A stretch of DNA of 54,948 bases, the filler included, from Sminthopsis crassicaudata (Eukaryota): the NCBI RefSeq assembly GCF_048593235.1. It is 2 parts of 2 records of this genome, joined end to end, with 100 filler letters (N's around TTAATTAATTAA, not from the genome) between each part and the next. Parts side by side here need not be neighbours in the genome. Positions count along the whole stretch, not along the records: positions 1 to 25,422 come from NC_133620.1; positions 25,523 to 54,948 come from NC_133623.1. One strand, given 5' to 3'. Both the position numbers and the translations under genes were made by a program. Each line of letters opens with the position of its first letter. The stretch's first letter is position 1. This document shows, one piece after another, positions 24,821 to 35,700 of the stretch. Below the pieces are notes generated by a model that was not told the DNA's origin, did no database searches, and was given only the letters and a program-made list of their open reading frames with translations.

Positions 24821-24985
24821 ACTACAGCCCCGGAAACTTTACCGCTGTCGCTGGGTAACGCCTCCTCCGGTTGCTGGGCAACACTCCCGGCCTCGCCTTC
24901 AGACCTCCGGCACCGCCCTCCTTTCCCGCTGGCCTCTCTCTGACGCTGGCTACTCTCTGGCGCCGCCCCCTGGTTGCCAAGCGAC
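24821..24985. promoter_or_regulatory. RFX X-box cluster plus a ZNF143-like ACTACA motif at IFT25
   Basis: GTCGCTGGGTAAC 24847-24859, GTTGCTGGGCAAC 24870-24882, GTTGCCAAGCGAC 24973-24985; ACTACAGCCC at 24821. Confidence 0.7.
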
Positions 24986-25029
24986 TCTCCCCCTCCCTCA
25001 TCTTCAGCTCGCCGAGCCCCGCAGCCGCC

Positions 25030-25127
25030 ATGCGTGTTGTAGATCTGTGCCTGGCCTCCGAAGGCACTGAGGTCATTTTGGCCACGAGCAGCGATGAAAA
25101 GTACCCTCCCGAGAACATGATTGATGG
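25030..25127 (+). CDS. IFT25: IFT25/HSPB11 first coding exon (partial gene, truncated by the gap)
   Basis: MRVVDLCLASEGTEVILATSSDEKYPPENMIDG versus human MRKIDLCLSSEGSEVILATSSDEKHPPENIIDG. Kozak GCCGCCATG, acceptor at 25006-25007, donor GTGAG at 25128. An upstream non-coding exon donor lies at 24763. Confidence 0.93.
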
Positions 25128-25422
25128 GTGAGGCCCCGGGGACGGCCGGGAGGGCTGAACGAGGCCTGGGGGCGGGGGGGAGGGGGGGGAGGTCGGGCTT
25201 CCTGGGCCAGGCGGGAAGCTGAGGTCCCGGAGGTGAGGATTCTGACCCGGGTCCCCCAGGCGAGGCCAGAAGCAGGACTCGAATCCGGAGCCCGCCGCCC
25301 CTTGTATATCTGGCGCTCAGACCCCCTGCCTCGCGCCTCCATCCCCTGGGGAGCCAGGGTCCTTCCTGGGGGAGCAGCCCGGATCGCTCTCTTGCTCCCC
25401 GCCCTTTGAGGCCCTTCCCTCC

Positions 25423-25522
25423 NNNNNNNNNNNNNNNNNNNNNNNNNNNNNNNNNNNNNNNNNNNNTTAATTAATTAANNNNNNNNNNNNNNNNNNNNNN
25501 NNNNNNNNNNNNNNNNNNNNNN
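25423..25522. other. Artificial scaffold/contig spacer
   Basis: 44 N + TTAATTAATTAA (stops in all six frames) + 44 N = exactly 100 bp, symmetric. Confidence 0.97.
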
Positions 25523-25561
25523 ACACTCTCACACACAGACACAGACACAGACACAGACACA

Positions 25562-25600
<39 letters not shown>
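25523..25600. repeat. (GACACA)n/(CA)n microsatellite at the contig end
   Basis: Read directly from the sequence. Confidence 0.95.
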
Positions 25601-25604
<4 letters not shown>

Positions 25605-26299
25605 CAGAGCTGGCCCTGCTGTGCAGCTGGGGATGGAGACGGGCTTGGAAGTGGAAAAGGAGTAAGAGGTCAGGAGCGCTCCGAGCCCGGCCTGGGCATG
25701 TGAGTAAGGGAGGATGCCGCGGGGGCCTGGGACCCCATGGCCCGCATGGCCGGGCTGCTGCTGGCACGGACGACCCCGGGCTGGCCTCTGCGCCAGCTTG
25801 TGCTCGCCCTGGGCCTGAGCAGCTGCAGACACGTTCCCCAGACGAGGCCCGGCCCTGACTGTCGGCCGGAACCGCTCGGGGTCAGCCCGGGCCGGGCAGC
25901 CAGGGCTCGGGGTTCGCCAAGGAGGGTCGGGGGGCTTAGGGATGAAAAGGCCCCCAGGGTCACCCCAGGGTCACCGGGCTCCACCTGCTCATGTTACAGA
26001 TGAGGAAACTGAGGCCTTCTGGCTCAAACACCAGGTGGGGATTCAGAAAGACCTGAATGGGGGTGGGGGTGGGGGTGGGGGCTGCCAGGCCTGGCTAGGA
26101 ACGAGAAGGGGGAGGGGCTGCCTCTGGTCTATGTCCCAGGGGATGGTTCACTGGAGGCCCCCCACAAATCTCAACCCCCCCCACCGTCATCACTGCTGTC
26201 CCCATGATCCCCCAGTCAGTTGCCATGGCTATTTTTTGTCCAAGGTCACCAAGGTCGTTGGTAACAGAGAATGAAGATTTGAATTCAAGTCTTGTGGGT

Positions 26300-27600
26300 T
26301 GTTTTCAGGAGTCCCCCCCCCCCCCCAGGAAGCAGCTGTTGGCCGGGCTCCCCCTCCCTCCCCCGGGGGCGGGACGTCCTGCACGCCGCAGGCTGGGACC
26401 TTCCTCCCGGCCCGGCACGAGGGGGTCCCCGTCCCCGGAGCCCCTCGAAGTCCCAGATCGGGCGCTGCCAAGGCTGGGGGGGGGGGGGCTTGAGGAGGAG
26501 CCCCCGGCAAAGGAGACCTGGCTCCTCTCAGGCGGCGGGCGGGCGGGCCCCGGCGAAGGTGGGGGCCCCGCGGGCAGCCCCCCAACCCCCACCCAGGGCT
26601 GTGCCCACGAGGGGCTGCCAGGGGGAGAGCGCAAACCCAAAAGGCACACACCTCGCGGGGGCGGCGGGAGAGGGCCGCCCCCAGACCCTGGGGGGGGGGG
26701 GAGTAGCCTCGGCAAAGCGGGCGAGCCGCCCCCTCCACAGCCCCGAGGGTAGAGGACCTGCGGCCGTGGGGGGGGCAAGGTCAGGGGAGGCCAGCCCCCG
26801 CCCCACCCCGGTTATTGACCCCGGCCGGCCCGCGCCCCTCAGCCCTCGGGAGACCCCGTTCCCGAGGGGAGGGGCCCTGACGCCCCCGCCCCCTCTCCCG
26901 ACCCCCCCTCACCTGTCACCAGCTGCCGCTGCGGATCCCCGGCGGGCGCCGGCTCCCGCCCATCGCCGTCCGACGGCGGCCTCCTACGGCGGCTCCGCGG
27001 TGCCCGGCGACCGGGGATGGTCCTGGCGTCAGGCCCCAGCGAGTCGCGCAGCAGCTCCGGAGCGCGCGCCCCCACCGCAGCAGTGCTCCCCTCCCTCCCT
27101 CCCGGCCCTCCCTCCCCGGCCCGCGGCTCGCCTCCCCCGCCCGCCCCCTGGCCGGAAGAACCGCCCCCTGCTGCCACAAACAGGAACTGACGTGGAGATG
27201 ACGAACGAGGCCTTAGGAGCTGGGCGAGGGAGGAGGCGGGGTAGTCCCGAAAGCTGGAAGCGCGCAGACTCCCGGCTGAGGGACTCTGGGAAGTCGTCAG
27301 GGTGTCTGCGCAGGCGCAGTACCAAAAAGCGGGGGCGACTAGAAACGAAACCGGTGGGAGTTTACCACTAACCCGTGGGCTCTCGAACGGACTGCGCAAG
27401 CGCGCTAGCCGGAAAAAAAGGTGTCACGATGCGCAGGCGCACGCAGCGCCCCGGGGCTTCTGGACCTCCGTGGAGCCCGGGGAGCTAGGACTCGGAGGCA
27501 TGAGGGCTGGCCGGGCGCATGCGGCCCCGCGCGGGCCTCTCACCGGGAGCCGCAGCCGGCCGTGGGGGTCGCTGACACCCTGAGCCCTTTGGATGACAAG
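26300..27600. promoter_or_regulatory. CpG island promoter, probably of AKT2
   Basis: CpG-rich; NRF1-like TGCGCAGGCGCA sites, CRE-like TGACGTGG, ETS cores. It sits where AKT2's promoter lies relative to C19orf47 in human. Confidence 0.6.
26913..27190 (-). other. Probable non-coding first exon of AKT2 (synteny inference only)
   Basis: Strong donor GTGACAG|GTGAGG with the exon ending at 26913. No AKT2 coding sequence is present in the window, and the 5' boundary is approximate. Confidence 0.5.
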
Positions 27601-28087
27601 GACGGTCACGGGGTTTCCTCCCACCCTCACTGCCCGGGGCTCACTCCCGGCGTCTCCCCCTCCCCCCAGGGTGGGTGGACACTGGCTCAGGGCGTCCTGG
27701 GCAGCGTCATCTCTGCCAGTTACTTTCTGCATGGCCTGGGCCTCCGTTTCCCCGTGTGTAAATGGAGGGGGTTGGGATTCAAGTCCCTCTGGGCTCCAGC
27801 AGCCTCCTCAGAGGTCTCTACTAAGGAGGGCCGCCCCCTCCCTCGCCCACCCAGAAGGGCCCCCTCCCCTCATCCTCTGCTGGTCCACTAGAGACCAGGC
27901 CAAAACTAGGGCTCTCAGAGTGCGCCCTGCCTGCTCCAGGATGGGTCGGAGAGACCCCCCCCCCACGGGGCTCCACCCCAGCCCCAGCTGCCCAGAAAAG
28001 AGCCCATCCCAAGGGGAGAGGGCAAAGAAAGAGAAAGGGACATTGGTGCTTGGTTTCAAGGGCTTCTAAGTCAGAGGCGACCCCAGC

Positions 28088-28093
28088 TTTATT
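28088..28093 (-). terminator. C19orf47 polyadenylation signal (AATAAA)
   Basis: TTTATT about 1.2 kb past the stop codon. Confidence 0.6.
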
Positions 28094-29291
28094 ATCCTGG
28101 GGTCACATCGAGAGCTCCCCCTCCGTTCCTGAAACAAGTGCACAAAGCATCCAGAAGATGGGGGATGGTGACATGCCCCCCTTCCCCCCTCCTCACCCCA
28201 GGCATTTCACTCTCGGTCTAAAAACGGAGGGAAGAACACCTCTCCTTGCCCACGTGAGCAAAGACATAGGAAACCGCGTCTCCTTTCCCCGTGTGGCCTC
28301 TTATGGCATCTCTCGGCAGGCAGTAGGCCCGGGTGAAGCTCCTCTGGCCAGCGGGCACCAAGGTGGAGAGCCCTCCCGGGCAGCACCGTGGCCTCCTAAG
28401 AGTTCCTAACAGCTCGGCGCCACGGCCGGCGGGGAGGGCGCGGGGAGGGCGAGGATAGACGCGCTTCGGGCAGAGGACAGCGGGCGGTCTGGCCTTCCCA
28501 CCAGGGCAGAAAACAGAAGAGAAAGGAAAAGTGTGAAGGAGAAAAGCTAAAGACAATAACCTAGAGCAAGCAGCAGAGGGGGAGGAAGGGACTGAGCTCT
28601 GAATGAGAGGCCCTCCCCCTGGGCCCCTCTGAATGGCTAGGGGTGGGGGGCAGGGAAGCTGGGCAAGGGTGGGAGAGCCTGAGTTGAGGGGACGCTGTCA
28701 GGAACCCTAGAGCTGGTCTCAGAACAGGGTCCCTTTGGGTGCTGTGTTGGAAACAAGGGGAAAGGGCTGGGGACCAGGTAAAAACCAGTGGGGAGGAGTG
28801 TCCCCTTCCCTGGAAGGGAGGAACCTTGAGGGCAGCGGAAAAGGGGAAGGATGTCAGGGATGATCGGAGAAGGGGGCAGCCAAGCGTCCTGCAGAGAAAG
28901 CCCTCCACTTCTCAGGGCCTTTATCCGCAGGTCCCCCCACGGGCTCTCAATTCCACTCCTTGCCTCCCACGACCCCACACACGTGCCCCATGGCAGAAGC
29001 AGCTCTGCGTGCTGCCAGATTCCTGGGCGGACCCACAACCTTTCTTTGATGTTGCCCACCTTCACCACACTTCACTGGCCAGATTACAAGTTCTCGTGAG
29101 AGGACTTGGTACAATTTGGACAGGGGGAGCTAAAAGGAGTGTCTAAGGCAGACACGCACAACTGGGAGCCCCGCAGGAAGGACAGCGTGGGCCGAGGCAG
29201 GGGCCGGGCCAGGTGGACCAGGCGGGGGTGTGAGGTAAGGCAGACAGTACAGAGAGGCTCCAGCTCGGCTCTCCGAGCCCTACCAGCAAGG

Positions 29292-29780
29292 TTAGTCGGT
29301 CTTCCGCCCCAGTCTTTTAAACACGCTAATAGTGCCCGTGTTGTCCATCTGTGCACTATGGCCCTCGCTTGAGCTGCTCACCCTCGGGCCTGCCAAGGTC
29401 CTCTTTATGGTAACCTTGAACTCGGCTGGGGACTTACTCTTTGTGCTGGTGACCTGGCTGTCCTGAGCTTCGGGTGGAAGAGTGGCTTTGCCAAGTCTCT
29501 GGATGACGCTGACTTTGGGCAACGGCTCTGGCTTTCTCTCAACAGAGGGGCCCTGGCTGCCCCCTAAGCGCCGAAGGGTAGCAGGGACCGGCTTGGGCTC
29601 TGAGCTGGTGGCTTTGGCCTTGACGGTCCCCCCCAGCGGGGTGCTCTCCTTGGAAAAGGACTTGCCCATCCTCTTCAGGACCCCAGCATACTGGAGGACG
29701 GAGCTGTCATCGTCACTGTCTCCTGCCCGCTCCTCATCTGTCTCCAGGGCATCGCCCAATCGGCTGAAGACCCCTGTGGG
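29292..29780 (-). CDS. C19orf47: C19orf47 last coding exon
   Basis: PTGVFSRLGDALETDEE...TISVFKRLGRKTD*. Confidence 0.95.
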   Translation of the reverse strand, partial: PTGVFSRLGDALETDEERAGDSDDDSSVLQYAGVLKRMGKSFSKESTPLGGTVKAKATSSEPKPVPATLRRLGGSQGPSVERKPEPLPKVSVIQRLGKATLPPEAQDSQVTSTKSKSPAEFKVTIKRTLAGPRVSSSSEGHSAQMDNTGTISVFKRLGRKTD

Positions 29781-32700
29781 CTACAGCCGAACGAAGGGGA
29801 TCATCAGTTAGGAAAAGGAGAAGCCAGGCCGTCAAGGGGAGCATTTCCCTTCCCTTTATCTTACCTTGTTTCCAGTTGTCGTGTCAGCCTTAGTCTCGGC
29901 TCCGAGCCGGTCAAATACAGACGTCCTCTGGACACCTGACAGGGAGTGAGTGAGTCAGTCAGTCAAACCACTCATGCTGAATGCTCCCGCTGGGCACAAC
30001 CCTATGCTGTGCACTGTGGGAGGCACCAAGTAAGGAGTCTCTTCCCTGAGAAACACCTGGGCAATCCTCAGGAGGGCTCAAAGAGCAGGGATGGGATGCA
30101 GGCACATGAAACAAAGGGAAGAGATGGGATTTAGGAGATGCTAGAGATCCAAGTTGTGGGGACGCGTCAGCGAGAACCCAAACCAAACATGATCCTCACA
30201 ACCTCAACAAACTTAAAGCCCAGGTTGTGGCTAAGAGGCCCCCCTGGGGCCAAAGCTCCCGACCACCAGATGCTCCTTCCAAGCCTTTCACGAAGGCTCA
30301 CTCTGGAGACCCGAGGTGGCCTCTGCCCTCACCTTTGGCCGCCTGCTGCTGCTCCAGGATCTTCCGTGTCCGAGGAGTGGTCCCCTTGGGCATGGTGATG
30401 ATGTATTTCCCTTCCATCTCAGCGGTCACTCGGCGTCTCCGCTTCACAGGCACAGCCACATTCTCCTCTTCAAGCTGGCCTAGAGCTAGGAGAGGCCACA
30501 TGTGAGGTCATGGACAGCTGGGAAAAGGACCCCCAAAAACTTTCTAGAATGGGGGAAGGAAAGGCTCTCTCACTCCAAACAGGGTAAACACAATCAGAAA
30601 CTGTCCCCTTCTCATGTTTTATCTCATTTAACTCATAGGACCCAAAGGCTCACAATTTATTTATTTATTTTTTTAAGGAATTTCTTAAGAACCATCCCCA
30701 AAGCTGTCCCAGAAAGATCAATCAACAAGAGGGTCCCAAAAGAGACAGAAGCCCTCCCTGCCCCCAAGACACTCAGATCATGTTCTGCCATCTGCCATCC
30801 TCCATCCTCACAGGTGCTCCACCACTGTGTTCCCCTTACCAACAGCTTTGGCATGCTTGGCAGCCATCTTGTTGGAGACAGTGACAGAGATCTTGGAGGT
30901 ACTGGCATCGGGACGCCTGGCAGGGGTGCTGGGTGGAGAGTCCCGACTCAGGCTGTTAGCAATCATCCGAGAGGCAGCTGGAGAAGTGACAGTGGGGAAA
31001 TGAGATTCAAGAGCAAGGCTAGGACCATCCAAACCTGGGGAATGGAGTGGGAGACTGACCACTACTGGGCTCTAATCGGTCAGCGGAAGTGACCCAGACT
31101 CAACCCCCTCAAAGTCCTAAAGACATGGCCTCAAAGGAGAAATGGGAGTTGAGGCCTGGCCCCTGAAAACAGTGAAACGGGGCTGGCACTTCCATCATCC
31201 TCCTCGAGATGGAGGAGGCTTTCTGTGTGTTACATCCTGACCCTCCCAACACCCCTGGAGGGTGTGGTGGAGGGATTATCACTGCCCTTTTACAGGTGAA
31301 GAGACTGAGGCTGGCAGAACTTGGCACCCCCTAGTATTGGCTCCTGGGGCGGTGTGCCAGAGGGCACCAGGTGAGATCCACCCTGAGTGCCGGGAAGGGC
31401 TGAGCAAGGAGCTCTGACGGACACACTCACCACTAGTGGCGCTGCGCCTGAGCTCCGCCTGCAGGTGGCTGGGGCTCGAAGCCAACGACTCGGCGGCTGC
31501 CTTGCACACGTCCTGGAAGAGACAGAATGGGTGAGAACAACTCCAAGACAAGAGGCTCTGGGCCGAACACCGGCTCTCTCTAAATGATGAAAGGGAGGTG
31601 ACCGTTGACAGTGACAGAAGCGCCAGGGTCTGGTTGTGTGGGGCCCAGAACGCCACCCCCCCACCCCGACCCTCAGAAAGGCTTCGGTCCGACGCGACCT
31701 CAGCTGCTTCCTGAGCCCATGTGACCATCTATGAAGGCCTCTGGAGCCTGCTCGCCTCAGGAAACACAGACATCGGATCTTGTGGGATCCTGAGAAGCCC
31801 AAATGAAGGGCACCTGTCAGATGCTTCCCAATATCGATGGTGATGTCATCTTGAACGTCTCTCTATCCCAGACAGTTTTGCTGGGGCAGGGAAAGAAAGG
31901 GGGAGGGGACGAAGGCTTTGCTCCTGATCCGTTTTCACTTGACGTTAGTCACTGTGAGATCTGGGTAAAAGGCTGGGTCTCAGTAGAGCTTCATGGGGTC
32001 TGCTTGTCTCCTTAGCAAAAAGTCTAAGAACGCTTCCCAATACAATGGGTTAAAAAATGCAAATGCCAACTTCTCCCTCTGGTTCCTCAGGGGAGAGGAG
32101 GAAGTGGAGGCAAGCAACCTTGTGCCCCCAAGACACGCTGAGCCTCAGGCAGGGACAGGCAAACCCACCTGGCGGTACACCACCTTGGCGTGCTTGAGGA
32201 TGGCAATGATGTCACCCACCACAGTCACGCCGAGCTCATTCATGATCTCCTTGTTCAGATCTAGCAGCATGTTCTTCTGGATCCTGTGGGGGCACGGGGC
32301 AGTGAGTGCACAGAATAACGCAGGCTGGGCACCAAGCTACCCTCCCCCCAACCGGGCTCCTGCTCTGGAGCCCACTGCCCCTCACCTGTTATCGACAAAC
32401 ATCACCGCATAGTTGACAGCAGGTCCTGGCGGGATCCCGGCTTCCTTGAAGAACTGGATCCATTCTGACGTAGCTGCAGAAACACCGGGAGGAAGTCAGA
32501 GAACTCATCACACCGTCTTGGGCGCCCGGCTCCTGAGCCCACCAGCCTCCTCCTCCACAAAAAAACCCCATCTTTTACATACGGAAGTGTCTCCATCCTA
32601 GATGAGCCCAGCTAAATGCTCACAGCTCAAGGATTCCTTCCTAAAGCCTTCCCTTTGTCCCTGATAGTGTCACAGAATAACCAAGTTGGCCAACACCTCC

Positions 32701-35700
32701 GACCTCATCTCTTCTAATGTGGAACTTGGCCCTTTCAATGGAGAAGCCCTTTGGGGAGCAGAGCCCACTCCCTCCAGACACAACCATCTTCACTTCAGGA
32801 CAGATCTGGGCATTACTAGGTTTTTCTTTACTTTAATCTTAAATGCCCCTTCGGAACTTGTCCGTTGCCCAAGAGCCCAGCAAAACAAAGCTTATTCTTT
32901 TTCCCCTGATGCTCTTTTGTATCCTTAGTAGACTGTCATGTTCCTCCCCTGCTCCTTTAAACAGGTCTCTTGAGGTCCTTCACTATCCTGCTGGCCCTCT
33001 GAGGAGGATCTGGGGAAGACATGGTTATAGCAAATCCGCCAAGGAAGAGTAAACAAACAATGGTGCAGAAATGCAAAGGGATTTTATTTCATCCTAAAAA
33101 ATGATGGACGAGAAACTAATGAAGATTTATATGAGCTGATGCAAAGCTAAGAGAGCAGAACCAGGATACTGTAGCAATAACATAAAATTAACGTGAAAGA
33201 CTTAAGAACTGTGATCAGTTGCAACAACCAGCTCCATCATGAAGATTAACGTGGAGGCCTGTTACCATCTCAGCATGACTGTTCTAAGAGTTTGGGATTT
33301 GTTTGTTTGGTTTTTTTCCAGTTTTGAGGGGGTGGGTGGAAAGAAGGGAGTGAAGTTAGCAATAGGGTAGCAGGAAAAAGAAAGAAAAAATCAGAGAAGG
33401 ATTCTTTTTTTTTAATGCACAAAAGAGAACAGAAGGAAAAGAGCCAAGAAAGAATCACAGACAAGCAGGACAGCTTTCAAAGTTACAGGTTGAATTTATT
33501 ACATATTTTAAAAGAAAAGCAAGCTGTACATAATAGAGTCACAGTTTCATGTACAATCCTCTTTTTCTGCTCTGTGATAGATACATATATACACATGTAT
33601 GTGTATAAATGCTCATTTTAATCAAGTTCAAGATAAAATAAGATTCTGAAAAGCACCCAGAAGTCTCTATAGAATTATTGAAGCACACCTACACGCATGA
33701 CACACAATCGTTAACAGTTAAGTCTTTTAGTTAGCAAGAATTAATAGCATGGAGGCAGCTGGTAGCACAGTGGATTGGGCATTGGGCCTCAAGTCAGGAA
33801 GACCCGAGTTCAAATTAACTAGCTGTGTGAGCCTGGGCAAGTCACTGAATCTTTGTCTGTCTCAGTTTCCTCATCTGTAAAATAGGAATAATAGTAGCAC
33901 CTCCCACCCAACAGTGTCAAGAGATCAAGTGAAATGTTATTTGTAAAAAAATAAAAATAAAAATTTTAAAAGCATTTAGCCTAGTACCTGGCACATAATA
34001 GTTGCCTTATAGATGCTTATTTCCTTCCCCAATTATTCCCAATAAGAAGTTGCTTTTTCTATGTTAATTAATTTGTTACAGATGTTAACCTATCCCATTA
34101 GACCAGGAGTCCTCAAACTACCGGCCAGATGCTGCGGGTTATGGCAAATGGACGGAGACAGAGTGTGAGTTTTTGTTTTTACTATAGTCCGGCCCTCCCA
34201 CAGTCTGAGGGACAGTGAACTGGCCCCCTATTTAAAAAGTTTAAGGACCACTGCATTAGACTGTCCAACAGGTTAGAGGAGTGTCCCATAAAGCTTTGGA
34301 GGTTTGAGTGCTTTGTTTAGGAAGAATGATGATGGAGACCCACTAGTGGAACCAATCTCAAGAGGAGCTGGGTCCCAGCAAACTCCTTTCAGCCAATGAT
34401 ATCTCTTTGCTTCTGGGCACAAGCCTTTAAATAAGGCCTTATCTTAGAGACAGAAGCACCAGGAAGCCCGCTAAACATGCCCCTACATCCCTCCGTTTTG
34501 TGCAATGGTGGGGGCAGACACACTTGTATCCACATGCCTGCTCCCCAATAACCTACATGGAGCTTCCTAAGTGTCTTTGCCCTTCTCCAAAGTGTTCACA
34601 CAATTGCTAGTGATTGGGGCAGCTAGGGGGCGCAGTGGATAGAGCACCGGCCTTGAATTCAGGAGGACCCGAGTTCAAATCTGGTCTCAGACACTTGACA
34701 CTTCCTAGCTGTGTGACCCTGGGCAAGTCACTTAACCCCAGCCTCAGAAAAATAAACAAAACAAAACAATTGCTAGGGATTTTCCTAAAGCCTGGACCAC
34801 ATCACTCCCCCATCGACAAACACCAGTGTCTCCCTGTAGCCTCTAGAACCAAATAGAACTTCTTGTGACTTTTCTAATCCTTTCACCAACTGGTCTGTAA
34901 ATGGCCTTTCCAACTCCCCACCACCCCTCCCTGCCTCCCTGTTTGGCGTATAAGCCTCTATCTCCCAGGCCAGGAGCAGATGCTCCTGCTCACCACCTCT
35001 ACCCAAGACCCCTCACTTCCTCCAAACCTTGGCTCAAGCACCAAGCCTTTGCTAATCTTCCTTCCCCTCCCCAAAGTACCTCGTATTGACTTCATATTTA
35101 AAGTTCTAGGAATATATGGGGACCAAGCCCACTTTATTTGGTCACTAATCTTACTGCCTACCTTGATGCTTTGAATACAGTGCTTCATACGTGTTCATTA
35201 ACACACACACACCCCCCTCCCAGCTTCTTTTGCAGGCCCTCCTCTGGACTGTCACTTTCCATCACCTCTGTATGGATCCTGTACTTAACATCATTATTTA
35301 CAAGTTCTCTTTCCCCCATTTGAACATGAGCTCCTTGAGGGCAGGAACGCTGGTTTTGGCCTAAGCACTTATAAGTAGTCCTTGAAGGGGGAGAAGCTCA
35401 GCTGGAATGGCAATGATTTAGCAGGCAGCGCCCCTAACCAAAGCCTCAGACCAGCGTCCAGGGGCTGGAGATCCTAGGAGCCCACTCCAGCTTCAGAACC
35501 CCGGGGAGGCGGGAGGGTGCTTTCTCACACTGAGATCCAGTCACTTCCCCCAGCAGCCCCGGGAGCTCTAGGACAACATGAAGCCTGGAGTGAGAAAGCC
35601 AGAAAGGGAGCTCCAGTCTCTTCTCATAATCTCAACAGAACTTGCTAGTCCTAAGAAAGCAGAGACTCCTTCGGGAGAACTTTCAGGAGAAGAACAGCCA

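Noticed and set aside
25467-25478. TTAATTAATTAA palindrome (PacI-like)
   Set aside because: It is centred exactly in the N run and is an artificial six-frame-stop linker, not biological sequence.
22390-34765. A-box/B-box sequences resembling tRNA genes (22390-22540, 34616-34765, 40185-40330)
   Set aside because: These are tRNA-derived SINE heads followed by CORE and tail sequence, with polyA and TSDs and no cloverleaf.
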